Assembly (NCBI RefSeq): GCF_902826555.1
Contig: NZ_CADEFI010000001.1
Coordinates: forward strand, 136,971-200,970
Direction: 5' to 3'
Source of the DNA: an uncultured Hyphomicrobium sp.
GTDB taxonomy: Bacteria > Pseudomonadota > Alphaproteobacteria > Rhizobiales > Hyphomicrobiaceae
DNA: 64,000 nt
The translations under genes were made by a program, and so were the position numbers. Positions 10,601-21,020 of this stretch are shown piece after piece (positions within the stretch are counted from its first letter, which is position 1; every line of letters begins with the position of its first letter). The notes beneath the pieces are model-generated. The model saw only the letters and a program-made list of their open reading frames with translations. It was not told where the DNA came from and made no database searches.

Positions 10601-10798
10601 GTGCCGCTGGTGCTGGCGACGGGAGCCGGCGCCGAGATGCGCCAGTCGCTCGGTACGGCCGTGTTCTCGGGCATGCTCGGCGTGACGCTGTTCGGCCTGA
10701 TTTTCACCCCGGTGTTCTATGTGCTGACGAGCGCGTTCGCGGGGCGGCGGACGCCGGCCGCGGGAACGGACGAGGCGGGAACGCACGCCGCCGAATAG
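7613..10798 (+). CDS. RND family multidrug/efflux permease (AcrB-like)
   Basis: 1061 aa. N-terminus MRFSHFFIDRPIFATVLS and 12-TM AcrB architecture. No outer-membrane factor gene is adjacent. Confidence 0.95.
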   Translation: MRFSHFFIDRPIFATVLSVILTIVGVIAGIALPIAEYPEIAPPTVNITATYPGASAAVIAETVAAPIEQEVNGVDNMLYIVSQSTGDGRLSISVVFKPGTNIDQAQVLVQNRVSIAEPRLPEDVRRLGLTVLKASPDLMMVVHMISPDGTRDQQYISNYATLYIRDRLARIDGIGDSRVFGARDYSMRIWLDPEKVASRNLTAGEVVAALRAANLQVAAGSINQPPASSPGGFTLSVHTLGRLTTTEEFENIVVRAEATGEVVRVRDIARVELGSQDYTVNAYLSNKVATAVVLFQRPGSNALATAAAVKAEMEVLAKDFPPGLAYTIVYNPTDFIRYSIDAVVSTFVEALILVVLVVVLFLQTWRAAVIPIIAIPVSLVGAFIVMGALGISFNTLSLFGLVLAIGIVVDDAIVVVENVERKLSEGFSPKEAAHQTMDEVGGALVAITATLIAVFVPTAFISGLQGTFYKQFAITIAASTAISCFVSLTLSPALAALLLKPHAHHDEKRSLISRILGAPLRLFFRGFNAAFDGLSHGYAGITSRLIRLPLLLLLIYGGLLFLTYDRLAKTPTGLIPSLDRTYFIAVFQLPPGSTLDRTDAVVRRASDLMIKRPGVSDAVAFAGFDGATFTNAPNTAVIFVRLKSFEDRLKEGLTKDQILGDLRGQMASIKEAFAFVLEPPSVPGIGTGGGLKGYVQDRAGRGYPALEGAAWTVAGGAGQVPGIVQPFTLFNTRTPQIWADIDRTKAEQLGVPIGRVFDALSVYMGSAFVNDFNILGRTYRVTAQADNPFRVTLRDVANLKTRSDSGDMVPLGSVATFSDTTGPYRVPRYNLFPAAEVQVGLARGYSSGQGITAIEHIVDTALPSGFGFEWTEIALQEKLAGNTAVIAFGLAVVFVFLVLAALYESWLLPLAVILIVPMCILAAMLGVNLQGLDRNILVEIGLVVLVGLAAKNAILIVEFAKQAEEAGMSRFDAAVSAARTRLRPILMTSLAFILGVVPLVLATGAGAEMRQSLGTAVFSGMLGVTLFGLIFTPVFYVLTSAFAGRRTPAAGTDEAGTHAAE

Positions 10799-11015
10799 GG
10801 CGATTGGCCAAAATCCCTACGGGTGGGCGGGTTCTTTCGATATGGGCGCGTTCGTTAAGAACATTGGCGATTGATCTCGGGGCAGCCCCCCGAGTATATG
10901 TGCCCATCCTGGCGCGGTCCGGCTCCGAACGGGGCCGGCTTCCCTGATTTTGCTGGTCCATCCGGGCTGGGGCGCGAGGTTCCCGGCGCACGGCCGACGT
11001 ACTGTGTCCCTGATC

Positions 11016-11100
<85 letters not shown>

Positions 11101-11171
11101 GGGACCGGCCAACGAATTTCGCCCCTCCACGGGGTGGTGGACATCAAGAGATCGAGCGAAGGCGGCACGTC

Positions 11172-12527
11172 ATGCAGGTTACGGAAACGAGTTCGGAAGG
11201 CCTCAAGCGCAAGCTCAAGGTCGTGGTTGGAGCGGACGAGCTCGGCGAGCGCTTCACAGCGCACCTCGACAAGATCAAGGATCAGGTGCAGCTCAAGGGC
11301 TTCCGCAAAGGCAAGGTGCCGCTTGCGCACATCAAGAAGGTGTATGGCCGCTCGGTCATGAACGATGTGCTGCAGGAGGCGATCCGCGAGACGTCGAACA
11401 AGGCCATCGTCGATCGCAAGGAGCGGCCGGCCATGATGCCGGACATCGCGCTCGCCGACGGAGCGTCCGAGATCGAGAACGTGGTCGCCGGTCAGGCCGA
11501 CCTCGCCTACGAGATGAGCTTCGAGGTGCTGCCCGACGTGACGCTGACCGACTTCAAGACGCTCAAGCTCGAGCGGCTGGTGGCCGACGTGGAAGACGAG
11601 CAGCTCAACAAGGCGCTCGAGGAACTCGCCGAGCGCAACCAATCGTTTGCCGCCGAGGACGGCCGCGAGGCTTCGGAAGGCGACCGCGTCACCATCGACT
11701 TCAAGGGCACCATCGACGGCGTCGAATTCGAGCGCGGCTCGGGCGAGAACCTGCAGCTCGTGATCGGGAACGCCGGCTTCATTCCCGGCTTCGAGGAAGG
11801 CATCAAGGGCGCCAAGAAGGGCGAGAGCCGCGACGTGAAGGCGACCTTCCCGGCCGAGTATCCGGTTGCCGAGCTGGCCGGCAAGGACGCGGTGTTCGCG
11901 ATCTCGGTCAAAGAGGTCGAGAAGCCGGTCAAAGCCGAAATCAACGAGGAGTTCGCCAAGTCGCTCGGCGCGGAAGGGCTCGACAACCTGAAAGAGCTGG
12001 TGTCGGTGCAGATCAAGCGCGAGCTGGAGCAAGCCTCGCGCATGAAGCTCAAGCGCGAGCTTCTCGATGCGCTCGAGTCCTCGCATTCGTTCGAGCTGCC
12101 GCCGACGCTCGTCGAGCGCGAGTTCGAGGCCATCTGGCGTCAGGTGACCGAAGGGCTTACCCGCGAGGGCAAGACGTTCGCGGACGAAGGCAAGACCGAG
12201 GACGAGGCGCGCGCGGAGTACCGCAAGATCGCCGAGCGCCGCGTGCGGCTGGGGCTGGTCGTCGGCGAGATCGGCGACAAGAACAAGATCGAGGTGACGC
12301 AGGACGAGATGCGGCGCGCCCTCATGGAGCACGCGCGGCGCTTCCCCGGGCAGGAGAAGAACGTCTACGAATATTTCGAGAAGACGCCCGGTGCCCTGCA
12401 GGAGCTGCGCGCGCCGATCTTCGAGGACAAGGTGATCGATTTCGTGCTCGAGCTCGCCAAGCCAGCCGAGAAGAAGGTTTCGCGCCAGGAGCTGATCGAC
12501 AGCCTCGAGAAGGTGACGGAAGCCTAA
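11172..12527 (+). CDS. tig: Trigger factor
   Basis: Start set to ATG 11172 (MQVTETSSEGLKRKLKVVV...), because the track ORF from 10950 runs through tRNA-Leu. 451 aa with an FKBP-type PPIase core (GFRKGKVP, DFKGTIDGVEF). Confidence 0.93.
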   Translation: MQVTETSSEGLKRKLKVVVGADELGERFTAHLDKIKDQVQLKGFRKGKVPLAHIKKVYGRSVMNDVLQEAIRETSNKAIVDRKERPAMMPDIALADGASEIENVVAGQADLAYEMSFEVLPDVTLTDFKTLKLERLVADVEDEQLNKALEELAERNQSFAAEDGREASEGDRVTIDFKGTIDGVEFERGSGENLQLVIGNAGFIPGFEEGIKGAKKGESRDVKATFPAEYPVAELAGKDAVFAISVKEVEKPVKAEINEEFAKSLGAEGLDNLKELVSVQIKRELEQASRMKLKRELLDALESSHSFELPPTLVEREFEAIWRQVTEGLTREGKTFADEGKTEDEARAEYRKIAERRVRLGLVVGEIGDKNKIEVTQDEMRRALMEHARRFPGQEKNVYEYFEKTPGALQELRAPIFEDKVIDFVLELAKPAEKKVSRQELIDSLEKVTEA

Positions 12528-12806
12528 GGCTTCCATCGCCTTTTTCGGTGTGGCGTTGAGCATTCCGTTTGCCCCGGGCGTGATTGCGCGTGCCCGGGAA
12601 GGTTCTCCTCAACGGGGGGCTTGAAGTCGCGTGCCGCTATGCTGATCTGATGTCTCGACCTGCCCGAGCGATTCGGGCGTGCGAGGCCTTGGCTCGAAGC
12701 AGGAGCAAGGCCTAATTGTTTGGTTGATCGTGCTTCTTGTCGGAATGCGGGCTTGCCTTCACCGGGGGCTCGCGGTTTCGGAAGCACCCTGAGGAGCAAA
12801 GACCCC

Positions 12807-13457
12807 ATGCGCGATCCCGTCGCCACAATCACCGGTTCCTTCTGGCCCATGGTCGTCGAGCAGACCGCTCGCGGCGAGCGCGGCTACGATCTGCCGTCGC
12901 GGCTTTTGAAGGAGCGCATCATCTTCGTGACGGGCCCGGTCGAGGACCACATGGCGGCGTCGATCTGCATGCAGCTACTCTTTCTCGAGGCGGAGAACCC
13001 GAAGAAAGAGATCTCGATGTACATCAACTCGCCCGGCGGCGTGGTGACGGCTGGCATGGCGATCTACGACACCATGCAGTTCGTGAAGCCGCCGATTGCG
13101 ACGCTCTGCATCGGGCAGGCGGCCTCCATGGGCTCGCTCCTGCTCTGCGCCGGGCACAAGGACATGCGCTACGCCTTGCCGAACGCTCGCATCATGGTGC
13201 ATCAGCCTTCGGGCGGTTTCTCCGGGCAGGCATCGGATATCGAGCGGCATGCCGAAGACATCATCAAGATGAAGCGTCGACTGAACGAGGTTTACGTCAA
13301 GCATACCGGCCAGGCGTACGAGATGATCGAGAAGACGCTCGACCGCGATTATTTCATGACAGCCGATCAGGCCAAGGATTTTGGCCTTATCGACCGGGTG
13401 CTTAGCCAGCGCGAAGACGCGGATCCCCGGCTTTCGATGGAAACCAAGCCGGCCTGA
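12807..13457 (+). CDS. clpP: ATP-dependent Clp protease proteolytic subunit
   Basis: MRDPVATI...[14 protein letters not shown]...[11 protein letters not shown]...MVHQPSGG. The Ser-His-Asp triad context is conserved. The start is chosen within the longer track ORF. Confidence 0.93.
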   Translation: MRDPVATITGSFWPMVVEQTARGERGYDLPSRLLKERIIFVTGPVEDHMAASICMQLLFLEAENPKKEISMYINSPGGVVTAGMAIYDTMQFVKPPIATLCIGQAASMGSLLLCAGHKDMRYALPNARIMVHQPSGGFSGQASDIERHAEDIIKMKRRLNEVYVKHTGQAYEMIEKTLDRDYFMTADQAKDFGLIDRVLSQREDADPRLSMETKPA

Positions 13458-13859
13458 CCCGAGGTTTGAGGCCAGATGCGGCGGTGTGCCCCACCGCCGT
13501 GTCACCGACCCCCGACCAAAGTCCGTTGTATGGTCCCCGCGAGGGGTGCCTCGGCCAATTGCGGCCCTGTGGCCGTCTCTGGCCCCGCGCAAGGCCGGGG
13601 TGCTAAAGTCGCAGGCTTAACTGCCTTCAGCCAAACAACTTCCGGCTGTCAACAGTGTGGTAATCAGGTCCGAAGGTTCGGTCGGGGCGGGAAAGGCCTT
13701 AATCGAATCTTGATCTCGGCGACGCTAGCGTGCTGAGATCGGGTTTGACGGTGTCGTACCTTGCGGCGGGCTTTGCCGTACTAGCTCCCGAAAGGCCCGG
13801 GTCGGGCCAGTAGTCCAGACTATCCGGACGTGCTCCCTGACTGCGGGTGAGAGAACAGA

Positions 13860-15113
<1,254 letters not shown>

Positions 15114-15138
15114 GGCGTGCCGGCATTCCCTGGATAAT

Positions 15139-15164
15139 CCGCAGGCCTCGGGAGCGGCCTGCGG
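15139..15164 (+). terminator. Stem-loop downstream of clpX (9-bp GC stem, no U-tract)
   Basis: CCGCAGGCC (15139-15147) pairs perfectly with GGCCTGCGG (15156-15164). The sequence that follows is not T-rich, so terminator function is uncertain. Confidence 0.3.
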
Positions 15165-15410
15165 CACTTGGCGGCGGCGAGGGCCCGTTATTGATAAGAT
15201 TGGGGGCGATCCCCATCTTTCCTCAACGACGCTTCCTTCTAACGATTGCGGCCTTCGGGCTTCCCAACGAAAGATGCAGCGTGGGTTTTCGGGATTCGGC
15301 CATAATGAAGCGGCTCCCCGGGGCTAAGGTAGTCTTCGCATGCGGCAGAACCGGCATGCGCGACTGAAGCGGGTCCGGCAGCGCGGCACAAAGTTGAACG
15401 GGTGACGACG

Positions 15411-17834
15411 ATGAGCGAAGAGAAGCAGGCGAAGGACAAGACGGGCAGCAAGGACCACTTTCCGGTTCTCCCGCTGCGCGACATCGTCGTGTTCCCCTAC
15501 ATGATCGTGCCGCTGTTCGTCGGGCGCGAGAAGTCGATCAATGCGCTCGAGGAAGTGATGCGCGCCGACAAGCACATCCTGCTTGCCGCGCAGAAAAACG
15601 CGGGCGACGACGATCCGGCGACGGACGCGATCTATCAGGTCGGTACGCTGGCATCGGTGCTGCAGCTCCTGAAGCTGCCCGACGGCACGGTCAAGGTGCT
15701 CGTCGAGGGTACCGCGCGCGCGAAGGTGCTGCGCTATACCGAGAACGCGAACTATTTCGAAGCCGAGGTCGAGCGCATCAGCGAGACGATCGGCACCAAG
15801 ACGGAAATAGAGGCGCTTGCGCGCTCGGCGGTCTCGCAGTTCGAGAATTACGTCAAGCTCAACAAGAAGATCTCGCCCGAAGTGCTCGGCACCGTGGCGC
15901 AGATCGAGGACTATTCGAAGCTCGCCGACACCATTGCCTCGCATCTTGCCGTCAAGATCGCGGACAAGCAGGACGTGCTTGAGACGACGATCGTCTCCGA
16001 TCGCCTGGAAAAGGTCTATACGCTCATGGAGAGCGAGATCTCCGTGCTGCAGGTGGAGCGCAAGATCCGTTCGCGCGTGAAGCGGCAGATGGAGAAGACG
16101 CAGCGCGAGTATTATCTGAATGAGCAGATGAAGGCCATTCAGAAGGAGCTCGGCGACACCGAAGAGCGCGACGACATCGCCGAGTTCGAGGAGAAGATCG
16201 ACAACACCAAGCTGTCGAAGGAGGCCAAGGACAAGGCCACTGCGGAGCTCAAGAAGCTCAAGCAGATGAGTCCGATGTCGGCCGAAGCGACGGTGGTGCG
16301 CAACTATCTCGACTGGCTGCTCTCGATCCCGTGGGGCATCAAGGGCAAGGTCAAGAAGGACCTCGAGGAGGCGCAGCTGGTGCTCGATGCCGAGCACTAC
16401 GGCCTCGAGAAGGTCAAGGAGCGCATCCTCGAGTATCTCGCGGTGCAGGCCCGCACCAACAAGCTCAAGGGGCCGATCCTGTGCCTCGTCGGACCGCCCG
16501 GCGTGGGCAAGACCTCGCTCGGCAAGTCGATCGCCAATGCCACGGGCCGCGAGTTCGTGCGCATGAGCCTCGGCGGCGTGCGCGACGAAGCGGAGATTCG
16601 TGGTCACCGGCGCACCTACATCGGCTCCATGCCGGGCAAGGTGATCCAGTCGATGAAGAAGGCGAAGCGGACCAATCCGCTGTTCCTGCTCGACGAGATC
16701 GACAAGATGGGTCAAGACTTCCGTGGCGATCCCGCGGCGGCCCTGCTCGAGGTCTTGGATCCGGAGCAGAACGCGACCTTCAACGATCACTATCTCGAGG
16801 TCGACTACGATCTCTCGAACGTGATGTTCGTCACCACGGCAAACACGCTCAATATTCCGCCGGCGCTCATGGACCGTATGGAGATCATCCGGCTCGCGGG
16901 CTACACGGAGGACGAGAAGGTCGAGATCGCCAAGCGCCATCTGCTCACCGAACAACGCCAGGCGCACGGCCTGGAAGAGGGCGAGTGGGTGGTCGAGGAC
17001 AGCGCGCTGCTCGAGATCATTCGCCGCTATACGCGTGAAGCCGGCGTGCGCTCACTCGAGCGCGAGGTCGCCAAGCTGGCACGCAAGGCCGTGAAGGAGA
17101 TCCTGACGTCGTCGAACAAGACGGTCACGCACACCGGTGCCAACATCGCCGAATACCTCGGCGTGCCGAAGTACCGCTATGGCGAGGCCGAGCTCGAGGA
17201 TCAGGTCGGTATCGTGACCGGTCTGGCATGGACGGAAGTCGGCGGTGAGCTGCTCACCATCGAAGGCGTCATGATGCCCGGCAAAGGTAAGATGACGGTC
17301 ACGGGCAACCTGCGCGACGTGATGAAGGAATCGATTTCGGCGGCCAACGCTTACGTGCGTTCGCGGTCGGTCGAGTTCGGCATTCCGCCTTCGCTGTTCG
17401 AGAAGAAGGACATCCACGTGCACGTGCCGGAGGGTGCGACACCCAAGGATGGTCCGTCGGCCGGTGTTGCGATGGCGACGGCCATCATCTCGGTGCTGAC
17501 CGGCATCCCGGTCCGCAAGGATGTGGCGATGACGGGTGAGATCACGCTGCGCGGCCGCGTGCTGCCGATCGGCGGCTTGAAGGAGAAGCTTCTCGCGGCT
17601 CTGCGCGGCGGCATCAAGACGGTGCTGATTCCGGAGGAGAACGTCAAAGATCTCGCCGAGATTCCGGAAGAGGTGAAGAAGAAGCTGGAACTCATTCCGG
17701 TGGCGCGCATGGAGGATGTCGTGAAGACGGCGCTCGTGCGTGTGCCCGAGGCGATCCAGTGGGACGAGCATCAGGAGGCTGCGACCGTTCCGGGCGACGG
17801 CACCGACGGCAGCTCCCGCGTGACGGCGCATTGA
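15411..17834 (+). CDS. lon: Lon protease (LonA)
   Basis: [10 protein letters not shown]...[22 protein letters not shown], Walker [10 protein letters not shown], and protease Ser motif PKDGPSAG. An alternative GTG start lies at 15402. Confidence 0.96.
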   Translation: MSEEKQAKDKTGSKDHFPVLPLRDIVVFPYMIVPLFVGREKSINALEEVMRADKHILLAAQKNAGDDDPATDAIYQVGTLASVLQLLKLPDGTVKVLVEGTARAKVLRYTENANYFEAEVERISETIGTKTEIEALARSAVSQFENYVKLNKKISPEVLGTVAQIEDYSKLADTIASHLAVKIADKQDVLETTIVSDRLEKVYTLMESEISVLQVERKIRSRVKRQMEKTQREYYLNEQMKAIQKELGDTEERDDIAEFEEKIDNTKLSKEAKDKATAELKKLKQMSPMSAEATVVRNYLDWLLSIPWGIKGKVKKDLEEAQLVLDAEHYGLEKVKERILEYLAVQARTNKLKGPILCLVGPPGVGKTSLGKSIANATGREFVRMSLGGVRDEAEIRGHRRTYIGSMPGKVIQSMKKAKRTNPLFLLDEIDKMGQDFRGDPAAALLEVLDPEQNATFNDHYLEVDYDLSNVMFVTTANTLNIPPALMDRMEIIRLAGYTEDEKVEIAKRHLLTEQRQAHGLEEGEWVVEDSALLEIIRRYTREAGVRSLEREVAKLARKAVKEILTSSNKTVTHTGANIAEYLGVPKYRYGEAELEDQVGIVTGLAWTEVGGELLTIEGVMMPGKGKMTVTGNLRDVMKESISAANAYVRSRSVEFGIPPSLFEKKDIHVHVPEGATPKDGPSAGVAMATAIISVLTGIPVRKDVAMTGEITLRGRVLPIGGLKEKLLAALRGGIKTVLIPEENVKDLAEIPEEVKKKLELIPVARMEDVVKTALVRVPEAIQWDEHQEAATVPGDGTDGSSRVTAH

Positions 17835-17857
17835 GCGCTCTCACAACGTGATACTTG

Positions 17858-17896
17858 GCGCGCCCCGCACGCAATGCGGGGCGCGCTTTCATTTTT
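17858..17896 (+). terminator. Rho-independent terminator of lon
   Basis: Perfect 12-bp stem GCGCGCCCCGCA / TGCGGGGCGCGC with a 5-nt loop, followed by TTTCATTTTT. Confidence 0.8.
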
Positions 17897-18035
17897 ACGA
17901 CCGCCCGACGCGCACCTTGTCATCGCTCGCATTTCCTTGGTTAAGGGAATGTGTCCTTTGTGTGCATAAGGCGCACACCGGAAGGTCAGGAAAGGCCGAT
18001 TTTTAAGGCTTATAGGGCCGTTTTGCCCTTGACGG

Positions 18036-18058
18036 GCCCCGTCTTTCGGGGCTTTTGT
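18036..18058 (+). terminator. Orphan terminator-like hairpin in the lon-hupB spacer
   Basis: GCCCCG-TCTTT-CGGGGC followed by TTTTGT, about 120 nt upstream of the hupB ATG and about 140 nt downstream of the lon terminator. Confidence 0.4.
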
Positions 18059-18175
18059 CGCCACCACTGGCCGGTCAGCGGTTTCGCAACATGCGAATTG
18101 ATTGGCACACGCGCCAGCGGCGCGCTCTCCAGCCATCTGGACCCCAAAAATTATTCCAGTCACGAGGACGGAAAA

Positions 18176-18448
18176 ATGAGCAAGAAAGATTTGATCGACG
18201 CCGTTGCCAAGGAATGCGACCTGACGAAGGAGAAAGCCGGGGTCGCCGTCGATGCTGCGCTGGCCCACATCAGGAATTCGCTCAAGGCCGGCGAGGAAGT
18301 TCGCATCCCCGATTTCGGCACCTTCAAGGTCGCCAAGCGCAAGGCGCGCGAAGGTCGCAATCCGGCAACCGGCGCGACGATCAAGATCCCGGCCTCGCGT
18401 GTGCCGAAGTTCAGCCCGTCGAAGGGCCTCAAGGACGCGCTGAACTAA
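18176..18448 (+). CDS. hupB: DNA-binding protein HU
   Basis: The 90-aa product MSKKDLIDAVAKECDLTKEKAGVAVDAALAHIRNSLKAGEEVRIPDFGTFKVAKRKAREGRNPATGATIKIPA is a canonical HU sequence. The start lies within the longer track ORF. Confidence 0.93.
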   Translation: MSKKDLIDAVAKECDLTKEKAGVAVDAALAHIRNSLKAGEEVRIPDFGTFKVAKRKAREGRNPATGATIKIPASRVPKFSPSKGLKDALN

Positions 18449-18473
18449 GGCGCTCCGAAAGTTCGTTTCCAGA

Positions 18474-18508
18474 GCGCGCTGCGGGGATCCGCGGCGCGCT
18501 TTTGTTTT
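18474..18508 (+). terminator. Rho-independent terminator of hupB
   Basis: GCGCGCTGCGG-GGAT-CCGCGGCGCGC stem (one G-T pair) followed by TTTTGTTTT. Confidence 0.75.
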
Positions 18509-18584
18509 CGCAGTAGGCAAGCGGGATCGGGTCCGACTGTCATCCGCGGCTTTATGCCGGGGATGGCCTGGGATGACACCACGG

Positions 18585-18613
18585 TTGCCGAGCGCGGAGG
18601 CAGCGGCTATTGA
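18585..18613 (+). promoter_or_regulatory. Candidate promoter for tRNA-Val (TTGCCG-N17-TATTGA)
   Basis: Hexamers at 18585-18590 and 18608-18613 with a 17-nt spacer. The tRNA starts 10 nt after the -10 element. Sequence match only. Confidence 0.25.
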
Positions 18614-18622
18614 GTGCGTGTC

Positions 18623-18697
<75 letters not shown>

Positions 18698-18831
18698 TTT
18701 TTCTAGCGACACAAGCTGAGAGAAGCTTCGCTCAATCGTCGTGGTGCTTTGTGGATGGCCGCCGCTCGCGGCGGGTCGCCTTGCTCCCCGACCCTTCGGG
18801 TCGATTGAGTGGAAAGCCATGGGGAGCGTTC

Positions 18832-19347
18832 ATGCCAATCACGATGTACGAGATCGCGGTGCCGAGCTTCACGAAGCATCTCGAGGCGCTGGATGCGATC
18901 CTCGACAAGGCCGTCGCGTATTGCGAGGCGAAGAAGATCGAGCCGGAGACGCTGCTCACGGAGCGCCTCTACCCCGACATGTACACCTTCAAAAAGCAGG
19001 TGCAGTCGGCTTGTGATTTCGCAAAGCTTTCGGTTAGCCGTCTGGCGGCGCTTACACCGCCGGTGCACGACGACAGCGAAAAGACGTTCGCCGACCTCAA
19101 AACGCGTATTGCCGAGACGTTGGCTGTCCTTCAGCAGGCGAATCCCGGGGCGATGGAAGAGGCTGCGGACCGCGAGGTGACGATCAAGGCCGGTCCGCGT
19201 GAGCTCAAGTTCACGGGCCGCGAATACCTGCTGCATTTCGCGCTGCCCAATTTCTATTTCCACTGTGCAACGGCCTACGGGATCCTGCGTCACAACGGTC
19301 TCGAGATCGGCAAGCGGGATTTCATGCGTCGCATGCCTCCGGCATGA
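18832..19347 (+). CDS. DUF1993 family protein
   Basis: The product MPITMYEIAVPSFTKHLEALDAILDKAVAYCEAKKIEPETLL...NFYFHCATAYGILRHNGLEIGKRDF is the typical DUF1993 sequence. The track ORF from 18610 overlaps tRNA-Val, so the ATG at 18832 was chosen. Confidence 0.82.
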   Translation: MPITMYEIAVPSFTKHLEALDAILDKAVAYCEAKKIEPETLLTERLYPDMYTFKKQVQSACDFAKLSVSRLAALTPPVHDDSEKTFADLKTRIAETLAVLQQANPGAMEEAADREVTIKAGPRELKFTGREYLLHFALPNFYFHCATAYGILRHNGLEIGKRDFMRRMPPA

Positions 19348-19445
19348 CATGCGTCGCCTGCCTCCGGCATGACGAGACGCCTGCGTCCGGTGTGATACGA
19401 GGCGCGCCTGCCGCCGGCAGGACACGCGGCGCGCGCCTCCGGGTT
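19324..19445. repeat. Degenerate tandem repeat, about 5 units of 23-27 nt, starting inside the DUF1993 3' end
   Basis: Unit 1 (19324-19348) ATGCGTCGCATGCCTCCGGCATGAC and unit 2 (19349-19373) ATGCGTCGCCTGCCTCCGGCATGAC differ at 1 nt. Three progressively diverged units follow, sharing CGCCTGC..CCGG..GA. Each unit holds a short inverted repeat. Confidence 0.7.
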
Positions 19446-19543
19446 TAGCGGCCAGGCTGAGGCGGCGGGGGCCTGGTTAGGGGGCGCAGGGGCGGGACCG
19501 CGGAACCCTGGCTGCGGCGTGGCCCGAACCCTTTCGGCGTCCC

Positions 19544-19572
19544 TTGACTTAGGCGCCGCGAACACGTATTTC
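19544..19572 (+). promoter_or_regulatory. Candidate promoter for tRNA-Asp (TTGACT-N17-TATTTC)
   Basis: TTGACT at 19544-19549, a 17-nt spacer, then TATTTC at 19567-19572, about 50 nt upstream of the tRNA. Same architecture as the tRNA-Lys candidate. Confidence 0.3.
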
Positions 19573-19623
19573 GACGCTTCGCTTTCGCGCTCCAGCGGCC
19601 TTGAGCCCCCTGGACCGAGGAAA

Positions 19624-19700
19624 TGCGGGAGTAGCTCAGTTGGTTAGAGCGCCGCCCTGTCACGGCGGAGGCCGCGGGTTCAAGTCCCGTCTCTCGCGCC
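19624..19700 (+). tRNA. tRNA-Asp (anticodon GTC)
   Basis: 77-nt cloverleaf. Acceptor GCGGGAG/CTCTCGC, anticodon loop CTGTCAC, T loop GGTTCAAGTCC, encoded CCA, followed by a T-rich tract. Confidence 0.93.
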
Positions 19701-20839
19701 ATCCTTTTCTTTTTTTGTCCGATCCGCCGGCGGTACCGCTGTTGGAGGCAACACGGTTGCCGCCCGTAGCCTTGGCTTGCCGCAACGCGTTCTCGGCGCT
19801 GTTCAGCAGCGGCTCGATCGACGGCAGCGGATCTCGGGTGGCCGTGACGCCGATGCTGACGGTCGCGCGGATCGTTTTGTCGGGGCCCCATGGCAGTGCG
19901 GTCGCGGCGAAAGATTCGCAGATCTTTCTCGCCATTGATGTCCTTGAATCGATCGATGTCGAACATCAGGACGGCAGCCCACGATGATGTGCCCGGCGAG
20001 GGGTGCGAGGAGATTTCGCGAACGGACCGCGAAGGCGCGCCGGGTCAGCGCGGCGGTCAGCGGATCGTTGGTCACCATGCGTTGCAGAAGGATCTGGAAT
20101 TCGGATCGCGCCGCCGTGACGCTGGCGACCGGGATCGGCGCGAGTGCCATCAGCGCCACGCCGAGGCGGATCGATAGCAATGAATGGACGGAATTGAATC
20201 GGCCCCGACGTCAACGACGCCTGTGGAGATTGCGACAAGCGTCCACGTGCTCAGGAGGAAGGTGATAATGACCGTCCTAGGAACGTCGTAGGCGATCGCG
20301 CACCAAAGCAGAGCTGAACTACAACGCCAAGCCCGTCGCCGCGCTGCCATCGAACAACAGCGGATTGATTGCGGCTCCCGCCAATCCGGACGCGAAGGCC
20401 GCAGCGGCCGTCACCAGTCCGAGGAAAAGTACAGCCATTGGCCGTTTGAGGCGCCGGTCGTCCATGCCGACGCGGCTGTAAAGTGCGATGCCGACGAGCA
20501 CGCCGGCCAAATTGCCCGCCGTGAGCAGCAGGGTTTTGTAGAGGGTGCCGCTTGTCGTGAGGTCGGCTACAAAGTAGGCAGCCAGGGCCGCGATCCATCC
20601 TGCGGGCGTCGCGAGTTTAGGGTAGCGCACGAAGAGCCCGAGAAGCAGGGCGTTGGCGGGCCAGACTGCGGCCAGCAAGCCAACCGGGCGTGTGGCGATG
20701 CCGATGAAGCACGCCAGGAGAACAAGCGAGAACGAGCAGCGGACCTTTGAGCCACGTGATGCGTGAGGTGGCCGCCGAGGTGCGGATAAGCCGAATCCCC
20801 CATCAACATGCGCTCAGTCTTCACCTCAATATCCGACAA
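19701..20839 (-). pseudogene. Decayed membrane-sensor diguanylate cyclase (MASE-like TM domain plus GGDEF), multiply frameshifted and missing the GGDEF motif
   Basis: Homology-like segments sit in different reverse frames. TM-rich SFSLVLLACFIGIATRPVGLLAAVWPANALLLG... (about 20730-20319), LLWCAIAYDVPRTVIITFLLSTW (20350-20150), VTNDPLTAALTRRAF (20180-19803 frame), AAVLMFDIDRFKDING (19966 frame), then ARKICESFAATALPWGPDKTIRATVSIGV...AENALRQAKATGGNRV (19935 frame). The stretch that should carry GGDEF/GGEEF between FKDIN and the TVSIGV block is absent. Confidence 0.7.
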
Positions 20840-21020
20840 GGACCATCAGTTTTTATATAGGTGCACCAGGCGCGCGCGGCAATTCATCTCGTGCGTTCGT
20901 CGAGTTCAGGGGGCTACCTTCCGCGGCGGTTGCGCGGGGGTACCGCAATGGGTTAACACCGTGATGTGATTTTGCACTGCGACAAGACCCCCTATGGGAT
21001 CTTCGGCAGGGACCGGCTGA

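Noticed and set aside
8141-10786. 881-aa reverse-strand ORF. Similar very long antisense ORFs occur at 4727-6184, 11049-12563, 13725-15167, 15324-16967, 24381-26024, 34513-36264, 36987-39029, 41200-42390, 43372-44445, 45475-46806, 48990-50288, 52444-53757, 53983-56085 and 61323-62540.
   Set aside because: Each lies exactly antisense to, or out of frame with, a confidently identified gene (RND pump, opgD, tig, clpX, lon, nuoD, rnr, topA, gor, ypfJ, glmU, SPOR protein, recG, mfd, SBP). Their products are Arg/Ala/Gly/Pro-rich low-complexity strings. This is the usual stop-codon-poor shadow-ORF artefact of GC-rich DNA.
12528-12806. Searched the clpP, clpX and lon upstream regions (also 13458-13859 and 15114-15401) for alphaproteobacterial sigma32 promoters (CTTG-N17-CYTATNT)
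   Set aside because: CTTG elements exist (for example CTTGAAG near 12621 and CTTGG near 15167), but spacing and -10 matches are poor. No promoter is claimed.
19701-21020. Looked for a direct repeat of the tRNA-Asp 3' end that would mark an integrated element carrying the GGDEF remnant. The same check was made downstream of tRNA-Lys.
   Set aside because: No duplicated tRNA 3' segment is visible, and no integrase, transposase or phage gene lies nearby. The remnant is more simply explained as in-situ gene decay.
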